Below are positions 1-8,060 of a stretch of DNA of 64,000 bases, one piece after another. The position numbers and the translations under genes are program-made. The notes beneath the pieces are model-generated. The model made no database searches. It worked only from the letters and a program-made list of their open reading frames with translations, and was not told the origin of the DNA. Position 1 is the first letter of the stretch, and every line of letters starts with the position of its first letter. The stretch is from a virus, in the IMG/VR virus record IMGVR_UViG_3300032053_000013, positions 32,001-96,000 of that record. One strand, 5' to 3'.

Positions 1-1
1 C

Positions 2-733
2 GTCCGGTTCCGCTTCGCCAGGCTCACGCTGACCGACCCGCTCGACGAGGCGAGGATGAACCAGATCTACGCATCCCTCGGCGCCATCACGCCGAACGAG
101 ATGCGGGAGAGCATGGGCAAGGCACCGTACCCGAAGGACTACTTCTTCGCGGACAAGCCCCTCGCCATCGCCATGGCCGAGCTCACCGCGGGGCTCGCCC
201 TGGCGATCTCGCAGAAGGAGGAGGAGGCGCCGCCGCAGCAGGGGATGCCCGGCATGGCCCCCGGCATGGAGGAGCAGCCCGGGGGGGAGCCCGCGCCCGA
301 CTGGTACGACGAGGGAGGGGAGGAGGGCGGGGAGCCCGCCGAGGAGGGCGGGGAGCCGCTGCCGGACTGGTGGGAGGGGCAGAGGAGGGAGCGGCTCGGG
401 TCGGTCCCGCCCGCCGCGGGGCAGCCGCCGGTTCCTGGGACGCTGCCGCTGCCGCCGCCGACCGGGCTGCCCGGGGCGCAGAACGCCCCCGGCATGGAGA
501 CGCTCCCCCAGCCGGGCTCCTTCCAGAAGCCGCCGAGGAAGCCGAGGGTGCCGAAACCAACGAAGGGTATTGCGTCCCTCCACGGGGCGCGGGTATCATC
601 GAGGAAGTACAAGTCTCTTACGCCGGATCCCCGAGCGATGGGGATCCTGATGGAGCTCATGAGCGACGTGCGGAGGTTCGCCCTCTCCTGGGCGGGCCTC
701 TCGGGGGGAGAAGGAAATGGACAAGACCGCTGA
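2..733 (+). CDS. Phage portal protein, C-terminal part (5' end outside window)
   Basis: Frame is open from base 2 (VRFRFARLTLTDPLDEARM...). ITPNEMRE motif typical of portal C-termini, then an acidic/Pro-rich tail; lies directly upstream of protease and capsid. Confidence 0.75.
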   Translation, partial: VRFRFARLTLTDPLDEARMNQIYASLGAITPNEMRESMGKAPYPKDYFFADKPLAIAMAELTAGLALAISQKEEEAPPQQGMPGMAPGMEEQPGGEPAPDWYDEGGEEGGEPAEEGGEPLPDWWEGQRRERLGSVPPAAGQPPVPGTLPLPPPTGLPGAQNAPGMETLPQPGSFQKPPRKPRVPKPTKGIASLHGARVSSRKYKSLTPDPRAMGILMELMSDVRRFALSWAGLSGGEGNGQDR

Positions 734-2462
734 GGCGACGGACGTCCGCAACGACGTGCAGTTCTCCTTCGACGCGGTGTGCGAGAAGGCGTGGCAGGAC
801 GACAAGGGAAAGATGTTCGTCAGGGCCGTGGCCTCCGACGACCGTCTCGACCTCCAGCGCGACCGCATGAGCAACACCGCCCTGAGGAAGATGGCCGACG
901 CGGCCAAGGCCGGCGTCCCCTTCCTGGAGACGCACCGCTCCGTGTTCGAGTTCGGGCGCACGGTGGGCGGGGACGTGGTGGACTTCGAGGAGGGCGGGAA
1001 GAAGGTCCAGAAGTTCGTGGTGGACGTGGAGCTGGACGGGGACTTCCCCCAGGCCAGGAAGCTCTTCAAGGAGGTGGCCGGGAAGACCTGCAAGCGCCAG
1101 CTCTCCATCGGCGGGAAGCTGAACCTCAAGAACAAGGAGTCCGTCCACGTCGAGATGACGCCGACCGGGCTCGCCCGCACGATCAACGACCTCGACCTCG
1201 ACCACATCGCCTCGACGCGGGAGAGCCAGGCGGCCAACCCGAGGACCTCCTTCACCGAGGCGATCTCGAAGGCGATCGACGAACATGAAAAAGGTCTTGC
1301 AAAAGAAATTGGGGGCGATCACAATGTACCGCAGATCCAGTTTTCACCTGAGGTGCTGGCTGCTTTCAAGCAGGTGGTCGAGATGGCCAAAGTTGGAGGC
1401 ATGAACATGGATAAGGTTCCGGAGACCCCGGCCACTCCGGCGACGCCCATGACGCCCGCCGAAACTCCCACGACTCCCGCGACCCCCGCGACCCCGAGCG
1501 AGACGGCCCCGGCCACCGAGGTCGCCTCCGAGAAGTGCGCGAAGGCCGCGACTCCCCGTAACACCGAGACCCCGAAGTCCCCGAAGACCCAGCCGGAGCA
1601 GGAGGCAGCCATGCCCGAGTCCAAGAAGTACGGACAGATGAAGGGCAGGGACGCCGCGACCGCCTGCGACCTCGCCAACGACATCGCGATCCTTCTCGCG
1701 AAGAAGAAGCCCTTCCCCGGCGCGGCCACCCCGTTCGGGTCCGAGGGGGAGAGCTCCGAGGACTCCGAGGAGATGACCGAGGAGGAGAAGGCGGTCGTCG
1801 ACTCCCTGTGGGCGACGCGCTTCGTCCTCGCGAAGGCCGTCTCCGGGGCGAGGCTCGGCGACGGGGAGAAGGCGTCCGTCTCCGACATCGTCGGTGCGGG
1901 CCCGTACGCCCCGCGCTCCGGCGCGAAGGGAACCAAGGGCCCGTTCATCCCCGACAAGGCCCCGAAGTCCGACACCACGGACATGGGCACGAGCGGGGTG
2001 ACCGACCACCGCAGGAACATCCAGGTCGGGGGCGAGATCAAGCCGACCGCCCCCACGGCGAAGTCGGCGCTGGACTTCACCCTCGACCAGCTCGAGGCGG
2101 CGAAGAAGATCCCGGCCGACCTCTCCACCTTCGGGAAGGCCCTGGGCGAGGAGATCGTCTCCAGGAACACCGAGATCACGAAGTCCATCATCGAGATGGT
2201 CGTCGAGAAGATGGCCACCGAGAGCGCGAGGTCCTCCACCGAGATCCAGAAGTCGGTCGAGGGGCTCGGGGACGTGGTCAACGACACCGCCAGGAAGATG
2301 GCCGCGATGGAGTCCCGGATCTCCAGGGTGGAGAAGGCCGGGGGCGTGAGCCAGAGCGGGCCGAAGGGCAAGGAAGACGTCGCCCCCGAGCGCGGGCGCA
2401 GGGGCGGAGTGTGGGGCGGCCTCTTCAACAGGGCCGCCGGGGACGCGCTGGCGAGGTACTAA
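717..2462 (+). CDS. Prohead maturation protease (HK97-like) fused to scaffold domain
   Basis: N-terminal AVASDDRLDLQRDRM...FLETH...QLSIGG...LDHIAST..AANPRT protease-like motifs; C-terminal Pro/Thr/Ala-rich region and coiled coil; position between portal and MCP. Confidence 0.8.
   Translation: MDKTAEATDVRNDVQFSFDAVCEKAWQDDKGKMFVRAVASDDRLDLQRDRMSNTALRKMADAAKAGVPFLETHRSVFEFGRTVGGDVVDFEEGGKKVQKFVVDVELDGDFPQARKLFKEVAGKTCKRQLSIGGKLNLKNKESVHVEMTPTGLARTINDLDLDHIASTRESQAANPRTSFTEAISKAIDEHEKGLAKEIGGDHNVPQIQFSPEVLAAFKQVVEMAKVGGMNMDKVPETPATPATPMTPAETPTTPATPATPSETAPATEVASEKCAKAATPRNTETPKSPKTQPEQEAAMPESKKYGQMKGRDAATACDLANDIAILLAKKKPFPGAATPFGSEGESSEDSEEMTEEEKAVVDSLWATRFVLAKAVSGARLGDGEKASVSDIVGAGPYAPRSGAKGTKGPFIPDKAPKSDTTDMGTSGVTDHRRNIQVGGEIKPTAPTAKSALDFTLDQLEAAKKIPADLSTFGKALGEEIVSRNTEITKSIIEMVVEKMATESARSSTEIQKSVEGLGDVVNDTARKMAAMESRISRVEKAGGVSQSGPKGKEDVAPERGRRGGVWGGLFNRAAGDALARY
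1297..1325 (+). promoter_or_regulatory. Internal sigma70-like promoter TTGCAA-N17-CACAAT
   Basis: Conspicuous A/T-rich patch inside the GC-rich protease gene, with an A-tract upstream. Confidence 0.45.
1407..2462 (+). CDS. Probable nested in-frame scaffold protein
   Basis: GGAGG at 1395-1399, 7 nt before in-frame ATG 1407, preceded by an AT-rich promoter-like patch; a second SD+ATG at 1601/1611. Confidence 0.5.
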   Translation: MDKVPETPATPATPMTPAETPTTPATPATPSETAPATEVASEKCAKAATPRNTETPKSPKTQPEQEAAMPESKKYGQMKGRDAATACDLANDIAILLAKKKPFPGAATPFGSEGESSEDSEEMTEEEKAVVDSLWATRFVLAKAVSGARLGDGEKASVSDIVGAGPYAPRSGAKGTKGPFIPDKAPKSDTTDMGTSGVTDHRRNIQVGGEIKPTAPTAKSALDFTLDQLEAAKKIPADLSTFGKALGEEIVSRNTEITKSIIEMVVEKMATESARSSTEIQKSVEGLGDVVNDTARKMAAMESRISRVEKAGGVSQSGPKGKEDVAPERGRRGGVWGGLFNRAAGDALARY

Positions 2463-2524
2463 GAGTCCGGCACGAGGAAGGTCGCCCCCGTTCGGGGCAT
2501 CAGATTTAGAAAAGAGGAGGATTC

Positions 2525-3925
2525 ATGGAGACGGCCGCTCAGGGAAGAGGGGTCGGCGGGCTGAACGAGGAGATGATCGAGAAGACGATCACCACGGGCG
2601 ACCTGCTGACAGGCGGTTTGCTGAACCCGATCCAGCAGACCCAGTTCATCACCCTCGTCAAGAAGTTCTCGGTGCTCCTGCCCATCAGCCGCTTCATCCG
2701 GATGCCGCGGCCGCTGATGGACGTGGACAAGCTCTGGATCGGGGAACCGGTCACGGAGTCCGTGGACGAGGCGACGGACACTGGCAACCTGGCCCGCGCC
2801 AAGTTCCAGCGCATCGTCCTCCGCGCCCAGAAGGTGCGGAGCGCCTGGAACATCACCACCGAGGTGCTCCAGGGGAACATCGAGCAGAACGAGTTCGAGC
2901 AGACCGTGATGAACACCATGGTCGAGAGGATCTCGACCGACCTCGAAGACCTCGCCATCAACGGCGACACCACCACGGTCGGGACCACGCCCCGCGACCG
3001 CCTGCTCCGCCGCCTCAACGGCTGGAACGTGGCGTCCGAGGGGGCGCACATCCTGGACGCCAAGGGGTCGAGCATCCAGAAGGGGCTCTTCTCCGAGATG
3101 AAGCGCCGGATGCCGAAGCAGTACAAGAACGACCCCGGCCTGCGCTGGCTGGTGGGCGACGCCATCGCCACCGACTGGGCGGACGTGGTCTCCGACCGCG
3201 GCACGATCCTCGGCGACGCCGCCCTCCAGGGCGCCGAGATGGCCCCGCTGGGCACCCCGATGATCCGCGTCCCGCTGATCCCGGACGACGCCCCGATCAC
3301 CATCCTCCAGGCGACCCGCGGCGAGTTCCTGGGCGCGGAGTTCGGCCCGTTCGTCATCTCCTCGACGAACGACACGATCAAGATGCAGGTGGACGGCGCC
3401 CCGGGCCCCGGAGTCACGATCGTGCTGACCCACGGGACGCTGAACACGGTCGAGGTCGCCAGGCAGATCAACGCCGCCCTGAAGGCCGCGATCGCCACCC
3501 TCGTCCAGGACGTGGCCCGCGACGACCGCGAAGGCCGCCTCCTGATGGAGAGCCCGGTGGTGGGTGCCGCGAGCTCGATCACCCTCATGTCGGTGGCGAC
3601 GGGCGTGCAGGCCTACACCACGCTCGGCCTCCTCGGCGCTCCCCCGTTCCCCGGACCGCCGCCGTTCTGGCCGGTGGCGAACGTCACCCACAGCGGCGCG
3701 GCGGCCGGCACGGCCAACACGGTGTACGAGGGGTCGTACATCTGGCTGGTGAACCCGAAGAACTTCGTGTGGGGCATCCTCGACGGGACCCGCATCTTCA
3801 CGGAGTTCAACAAGAACACCGACCAGATCGAGACGATCGTGTACAACCAGGTGGACGCCCAGGTCGAGAACGTCGACGCCTGCGTCAAGGCGAAGAACAT
3901 CCGGCGCCGCACGCTGGTCATCTGA
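2525..3925 (+). CDS. Major capsid protein (HK97 fold) with ~140-aa insertion
   Basis: GGLLNPIQQTQFI...RISTDLEDLAINGDT...LVNPKNFVWGI motifs; strong SD GAGGAGG; followed by a terminator. Confidence 0.85.
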   Translation: METAAQGRGVGGLNEEMIEKTITTGDLLTGGLLNPIQQTQFITLVKKFSVLLPISRFIRMPRPLMDVDKLWIGEPVTESVDEATDTGNLARAKFQRIVLRAQKVRSAWNITTEVLQGNIEQNEFEQTVMNTMVERISTDLEDLAINGDTTTVGTTPRDRLLRRLNGWNVASEGAHILDAKGSSIQKGLFSEMKRRMPKQYKNDPGLRWLVGDAIATDWADVVSDRGTILGDAALQGAEMAPLGTPMIRVPLIPDDAPITILQATRGEFLGAEFGPFVISSTNDTIKMQVDGAPGPGVTIVLTHGTLNTVEVARQINAALKAAIATLVQDVARDDREGRLLMESPVVGAASSITLMSVATGVQAYTTLGLLGAPPFPGPPPFWPVANVTHSGAAAGTANTVYEGSYIWLVNPKNFVWGILDGTRIFTEFNKNTDQIETIVYNQVDAQVENVDACVKAKNIRRRTLVI

Positions 3926-3951
3926 TCGGCCACGGACACCATGAATCCGAG

Positions 3952-3995
3952 ACGGCAGGTCGGCCCCGGAAGGGGTTGGCCTGCCGTTTTTGTTT
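3952..3995 (+). terminator. Intrinsic terminator after MCP
   Basis: ACGGCAGGTCGGCCCC-GGAA-GGGGTTGGCCTGCCGT stem-loop followed by TTTTGTTT. Confidence 0.85.
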
Positions 3996-4048
3996 CGGTC
4001 TGGACGGTCCCCGGCGCGGCGTGTAGGATGGGGTGAGGAGGTCCTTAC

Positions 4049-4432
4049 ATGCCGAGGTACTTCGTGTACCGGTACGGAGGGGTCCGCCAGGTCATAGGGC
4101 CGGGCAGCGGACTCGCGTACACCTTCTCGATGGACACCGTCACCACGGTGGGCGACGAGAGGGACGCGGAGATATTCCTGCACATGGGGTCCCCGGACAG
4201 CGGGTTCTACCTGTTCCGGGAGACGGACCAGTACGGGAACCCGGTCGGGCCGTTCCCCCCGGTGGACCCGGCGAGGCGCCAGAGCATGATCGACCCGAAG
4301 AGGTTCCCGTCGGACAGGATGTCGGGGAGCGTGAGGGCGTGGAGGGTGGCGACCGAGGACATGGCGGACCCAACCCTCTATTTCCACTTCGTCCGCAGGA
4401 AGATGAACTTCGGGCGGGGGGAGCAGTCGTAG
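4049..4432 (+). CDS. Hypothetical protein (head region)
   Basis: 127 aa, SD GAGGAGG, tight packing with neighbours. Confidence 0.7.
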   Translation: MPRYFVYRYGGVRQVIGPGSGLAYTFSMDTVTTVGDERDAEIFLHMGSPDSGFYLFRETDQYGNPVGPFPPVDPARRQSMIDPKRFPSDRMSGSVRAWRVATEDMADPTLYFHFVRRKMNFGRGEQS

Positions 4433-4442
4433 GAGGGGCCTC

Positions 4443-5402
4443 ATGCCCGCAGGATTCGCCTCTGGGCTCCACACGGCCTTCGCCTACGTCACCATCGAGC
4501 AGGTGAGGGCGAACGGCATCCCGGACACCCTCATCGGGGACAACAAGCTCCGGTCCCTCATCCGGCTGGTGAGCCACTGGATCAACAAGATCACCGACCA
4601 ATGGTTCCTCCCCGTCAGGCTGCGCGAGAGGACGGACGGGTCCGACAGCGCCGTCGCCAGGATCCCCAACCTCATCCCCATCCTGGAGCTCTTCAACCTG
4701 ATCCTGGAGAAGCCGGGGCTCTTCTCGATGGTCATGCCCGACGTGGCGTACATGGTGAAGCAGCGGTACGTCATGATGCTCGACCGGCACATCAGGCTGC
4801 CCATGCAGCCGCACTTCGTCGTGCTGGACGGGGTGTTCGGGTGGCTGGTCGACGACTACGTGAAGGCGAAGACGAGGACGGTCCAGCCCCTGGTCGTGTC
4901 CAACGCTGACATCACGGGAATCCCCGACCCGAAGGAGATCTTCGTGGACAGCGTGGACGGGTTCGCCGTGGGGGACGCCATCCTTATCGGTAACGACCCG
5001 GAGCCGAAGTCCTACCCAGGCATCGTGACCGGCGTCATCGACACGCCCCCGCTCAAGGTGGTCTTCGAGCCCATCGTCCCCTTCAGCCTCCCCGCCGGGG
5101 TGGCGGTGTCGAGGTACGGGAGGGTGCCGGACCTGATCCAGTACGCGGCCATGCTCCTCATCAGGGACAAGATCCAGGGAGGGTGGGGGAACGTCGGGAG
5201 CTACGACACATCCGAGTCCCCCGGGGGGATCGGGACCAGGCTGAACAGCGAGTCGGTCGAGGGGTACTCCTACTCCCTGTCGCCCCTGAAGGCGATCAAC
5301 GGGCCGGGAGGGGGGGCCATGACGACGGGCAACGCAGAGGTGGACGACATCCTCTACCAGTTCACCTCCAGCTCCGGCGGACTCTACGTGGGGTACGCGT
5401 AA
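4443..5402 (+). CDS. Head-tail connector/adaptor-like protein with inserted beta domain
   Basis: AYVTIEQVRA N-terminus and LNSESVEGYSYS C-terminus typical of gp6/gp15-like adaptors. Confidence 0.6.
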   Translation: MPAGFASGLHTAFAYVTIEQVRANGIPDTLIGDNKLRSLIRLVSHWINKITDQWFLPVRLRERTDGSDSAVARIPNLIPILELFNLILEKPGLFSMVMPDVAYMVKQRYVMMLDRHIRLPMQPHFVVLDGVFGWLVDDYVKAKTRTVQPLVVSNADITGIPDPKEIFVDSVDGFAVGDAILIGNDPEPKSYPGIVTGVIDTPPLKVVFEPIVPFSLPAGVAVSRYGRVPDLIQYAAMLLIRDKIQGGWGNVGSYDTSESPGGIGTRLNSESVEGYSYSLSPLKAINGPGGGAMTTGNAEVDDILYQFTSSSGGLYVGYA

Positions 5403-5403
5403 G

Positions 5404-5847
5404 ATGCTTCCCTTCACCTCGGGGAACCCGGTGAGGATCAACCGGATCAAGGTGGGGATCCGGGTGCTCTCCGTGTCTAACACGGTGAAGGACGCGGACT
5501 ACCGCGAGGCCAAGGAGAACCGCGTCTACTCCGACCCCGTAGAGGTCATCGGGCAGTGGGTGGGGGGCGAGTCCTCGTTCAAGCTGGAGCGCACCATGAC
5601 GGGCGACTCCCTCCCGACCACGGGGCACATCGTCTTCCGGTTCAAGGAGCTCGACGCCGTCCAGCCCGGCTTCCTCCCGAAGAAGGGGGACCGGGTCGTG
5701 TCGGTCAACGGGATCCCGTCGGAGTGGACCATCATCAAGGCCTCGAAGGGCAGCCCCCTCTACGGGAACCGCACCAAGTCCTTCGCGAGGCCGATCCTGC
5801 TCCACGTCGACCTGGAGCAGACGAGGAAGAAGTTCGGGTCCATCTGA
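5404..5847 (+). CDS. Head closure/stopper-like protein
   Basis: 147 aa, PKKGDRVVSVNG beta-barrel pattern, synteny. Confidence 0.5.
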   Translation: MLPFTSGNPVRINRIKVGIRVLSVSNTVKDADYREAKENRVYSDPVEVIGQWVGGESSFKLERTMTGDSLPTTGHIVFRFKELDAVQPGFLPKKGDRVVSVNGIPSEWTIIKASKGSPLYGNRTKSFARPILLHVDLEQTRKKFGSI

Positions 5848-5854
5848 GGCGCGC

Positions 5855-6424
5855 ATGCCGTATGCGCGTAAGGCCGTGGCGTTCTCCATCAGGATCGCCC
5901 CGAGGGGCAAGTACGAGAAGCTCATCCGGGACCTCGGGAAGGTCGAGAAGATCCTGGAGGGGGAGAGGACGGACGCGGCCCTCCGGGAGCTGGCGACGGC
6001 CGGGAAGGACTTCATCGTCGACGGCATCAAGAACGGGCGGGAGGGCTGGCACCAACTGAACGAGATCACGAAGAGGCTGAAGGGCGGGGGGGACGTCCTG
6101 ATCGACTCCGGCTCGTTCATGGGCGCGATGTCGGTCTGGAAGGAGGGGAAGAGGTGGTTCGGGGGGCTCCCCAGCGGGGTCAAGGGGGACAAGGGGCAGG
6201 ACCTGAACCTCGTGGGCCTGGTGCACGAGTGGGGCGCGACGGTGCCGGTAACGGACGCGATGAGGGGCTTCTTCCTGGCCAACGGGGTCCCGCTCCGGCC
6301 GGAGACGACCCACCTCACCATCCCGCCGAGGCCGTGGTTCGCCCCCGCGGTCGTCGAGCTCCACGCGTTCGCGGGGGAGGTGCTGCGGCCCCTGATCGAC
6401 TCCCTTCTTGAGGAGATAGGGTAG
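5855..6424 (+). CDS. Neck/virion morphogenesis protein (Mu gpG/gp10-like)
   Basis: WHQLNEITKRLKG..VLIDSGSFM, VHEWGA, IPPRPWF motifs. Confidence 0.7.
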   Translation: MPYARKAVAFSIRIAPRGKYEKLIRDLGKVEKILEGERTDAALRELATAGKDFIVDGIKNGREGWHQLNEITKRLKGGGDVLIDSGSFMGAMSVWKEGKRWFGGLPSGVKGDKGQDLNLVGLVHEWGATVPVTDAMRGFFLANGVPLRPETTHLTIPPRPWFAPAVVELHAFAGEVLRPLIDSLLEEIG

Positions 6425-7767
6425 TGCCGGTCCACGTCTACTGCATGAGGGGCGGGGTGGGGACCCCGGCGCCGGTACTCCCGGCGACGGTGTCGAGGGC
6501 CTTCGTCGACCCCGAGGTGGGGACCATGCTGCGCAAGCTGAACCCGGACGAGACGGCCTACGACGCCGGTGGGGCGTACTACGAGGCCGAGGTCTCGTCG
6601 CCCAACCTGGTGGGGGAGAAGATCACGGAGCTGTTCGCCTTCCAGGCGTTCTGGGGCGTGGAGCCCGCCATACCGGGCCTGCCGCCGTCCCAGGCGGCCG
6701 CCGTCGCGTTCCAGGTGTCGAACGACGGCGGGGCCACGTGGCTGGTGTGGCAGGACTCCGTCTCGTCGTGGGTCCCGGCCGCCGGGCCCCTGCTCGGGTT
6801 CTTCAACGACGCCCTCACGGTGGACCGGAGGATCCCCCTGCTCCCGTGGGGGGACCCGCACCAGGTGCGGTTCCGCGTCAGGATGACCCCCGGGGCGGGT
6901 GGGCTCCAGAGGCCGGTGGTGTACGGGCTCGCCCTGTTCAACCGGCACGACATGGACATCTCCGAGGACTGCGCGAGGTCCGTCAAGAGGCACCTCGACG
7001 ACGTCGTCAAGGTGCCCATGTACTACATGGCCGAGCTGGCCGTCCCCTCCGCGACGATAACCATCGAGAGCGGGATCGGGCTCGACGTCAGCGTGCGGGA
7101 GCCCATCAAGGTCTACAACCTCACGGCGGACCCGGCCAGGAACGTCAACCTATTCTCCTCCCTCGGGGGGCCGGACGGGAGGACCATCTCGATGGTGGCC
7201 GTGCAGGCCGGGCCGGTCGAGGTCCAGTTCACCGGGGTGCCGGACGTCTTCATCGGGGCCGAGGAGTTCTTCCAGGTCAGCAAGATGCCGTCGGTGGTGG
7301 TCTTCACGCCGAGCATGTCCCAGTACAACCCCACGAGGCACTGGTGGCCCGAGCCGGAGGTGTCGCAGTCGAGGGGGGTTGGGAGGCTGATGCGCCCCCG
7401 GCAGTTCTACAAGATCGACATGTCCATCCGGGTCCAGTCCTCCCTGAACAGGGAGGCGAGGCAGATGACGGACGCGGTGGTCCGCGTCCTCGACGTGGGG
7501 ATGTACTTCGACTCGGTGGCGAACGGGGAGAGGTACTGCGTATTCGCCCAGGAGAGCAGCGTCAGGGAGGACCGGGTGGCGCAGGGGATCTGGATCGGGG
7601 CCGTGAACATCGTCGTCTTCGGGAAGATGTGGATCGCCGAGGAGGCGGGCGAGGTGGAGACCGTCAGGCAGATCGTGGCCTCGGTGGGGGCCCAGCACAC
7701 TTGCAACTTGCTTTTGCCGGAGCACCTCCGTAGAGTATACCGGGAGAGGATCGAGGTCTCCGAATAG
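6424..7767 (+). CDS. Tail terminator-like protein with N-terminal extra domain
   Basis: C-terminal half resembles sheath terminators (PSVVVF...YKIDMSIRV); lies just upstream of the sheath gene. Confidence 0.45.
   Translation: MPVHVYCMRGGVGTPAPVLPATVSRAFVDPEVGTMLRKLNPDETAYDAGGAYYEAEVSSPNLVGEKITELFAFQAFWGVEPAIPGLPPSQAAAVAFQVSNDGGATWLVWQDSVSSWVPAAGPLLGFFNDALTVDRRIPLLPWGDPHQVRFRVRMTPGAGGLQRPVVYGLALFNRHDMDISEDCARSVKRHLDDVVKVPMYYMAELAVPSATITIESGIGLDVSVREPIKVYNLTADPARNVNLFSSLGGPDGRTISMVAVQAGPVEVQFTGVPDVFIGAEEFFQVSKMPSVVVFTPSMSQYNPTRHWWPEPEVSQSRGVGRLMRPRQFYKIDMSIRVQSSLNREARQMTDAVVRVLDVGMYFDSVANGERYCVFAQESSVREDRVAQGIWIGAVNIVVFGKMWIAEEAGEVETVRQIVASVGAQHTCNLLLPEHLRRVYRERIEVSE
7708..7736 (+). promoter_or_regulatory. 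Promoter-like TTGCTT-N17-TAGAGT
   Basis: AT-rich patch at the end of the 6424 gene, upstream of the sheath operon. Confidence 0.4.
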
Positions 7768-7777
7768 GGGATTTCCA

Positions 7778-7993
7778 ATGCCGGAAGCCCAGAAGAAGCG
7801 GGTCCTCATGAGCATCAGCCGGAGCATGGTCTCGATGGACGCCCCCGGAGGGGGGATCCATTTCATGCCCTCCCAGCGCCTGGAGGTCTCCGAGGCGGAC
7901 TTCGCCAGCCCCCAGGTCCAGAAGCTGCTGCGGTCGAAGTTCCTGGTGGACGTGACCGCGGCCGGGGAGAGGCGGAGGGCCGGGGCGAGGTGA
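7778..7993 (+). CDS. Small hypothetical protein upstream of sheath
   Basis: 71 aa, fills the gap, phage-like codon use. Confidence 0.65.
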   Translation: MPEAQKKRVLMSISRSMVSMDAPGGGIHFMPSQRLEVSEADFASPQVQKLLRSKFLVDVTAAGERRRAGAR

Positions 7994-8060
7994 CCGCCCC
8001 CTGTCCACGGAGTCAGGTCGCCCGAGTGACGGGGCAGAGATCCGATGAAAGGACGGCCAC

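Noticed and set aside
240-560. PDW(Y/W)/EEGGEP repeats in the portal tail
   Set aside because: Short low-complexity duplication typical of disordered portal C-termini.
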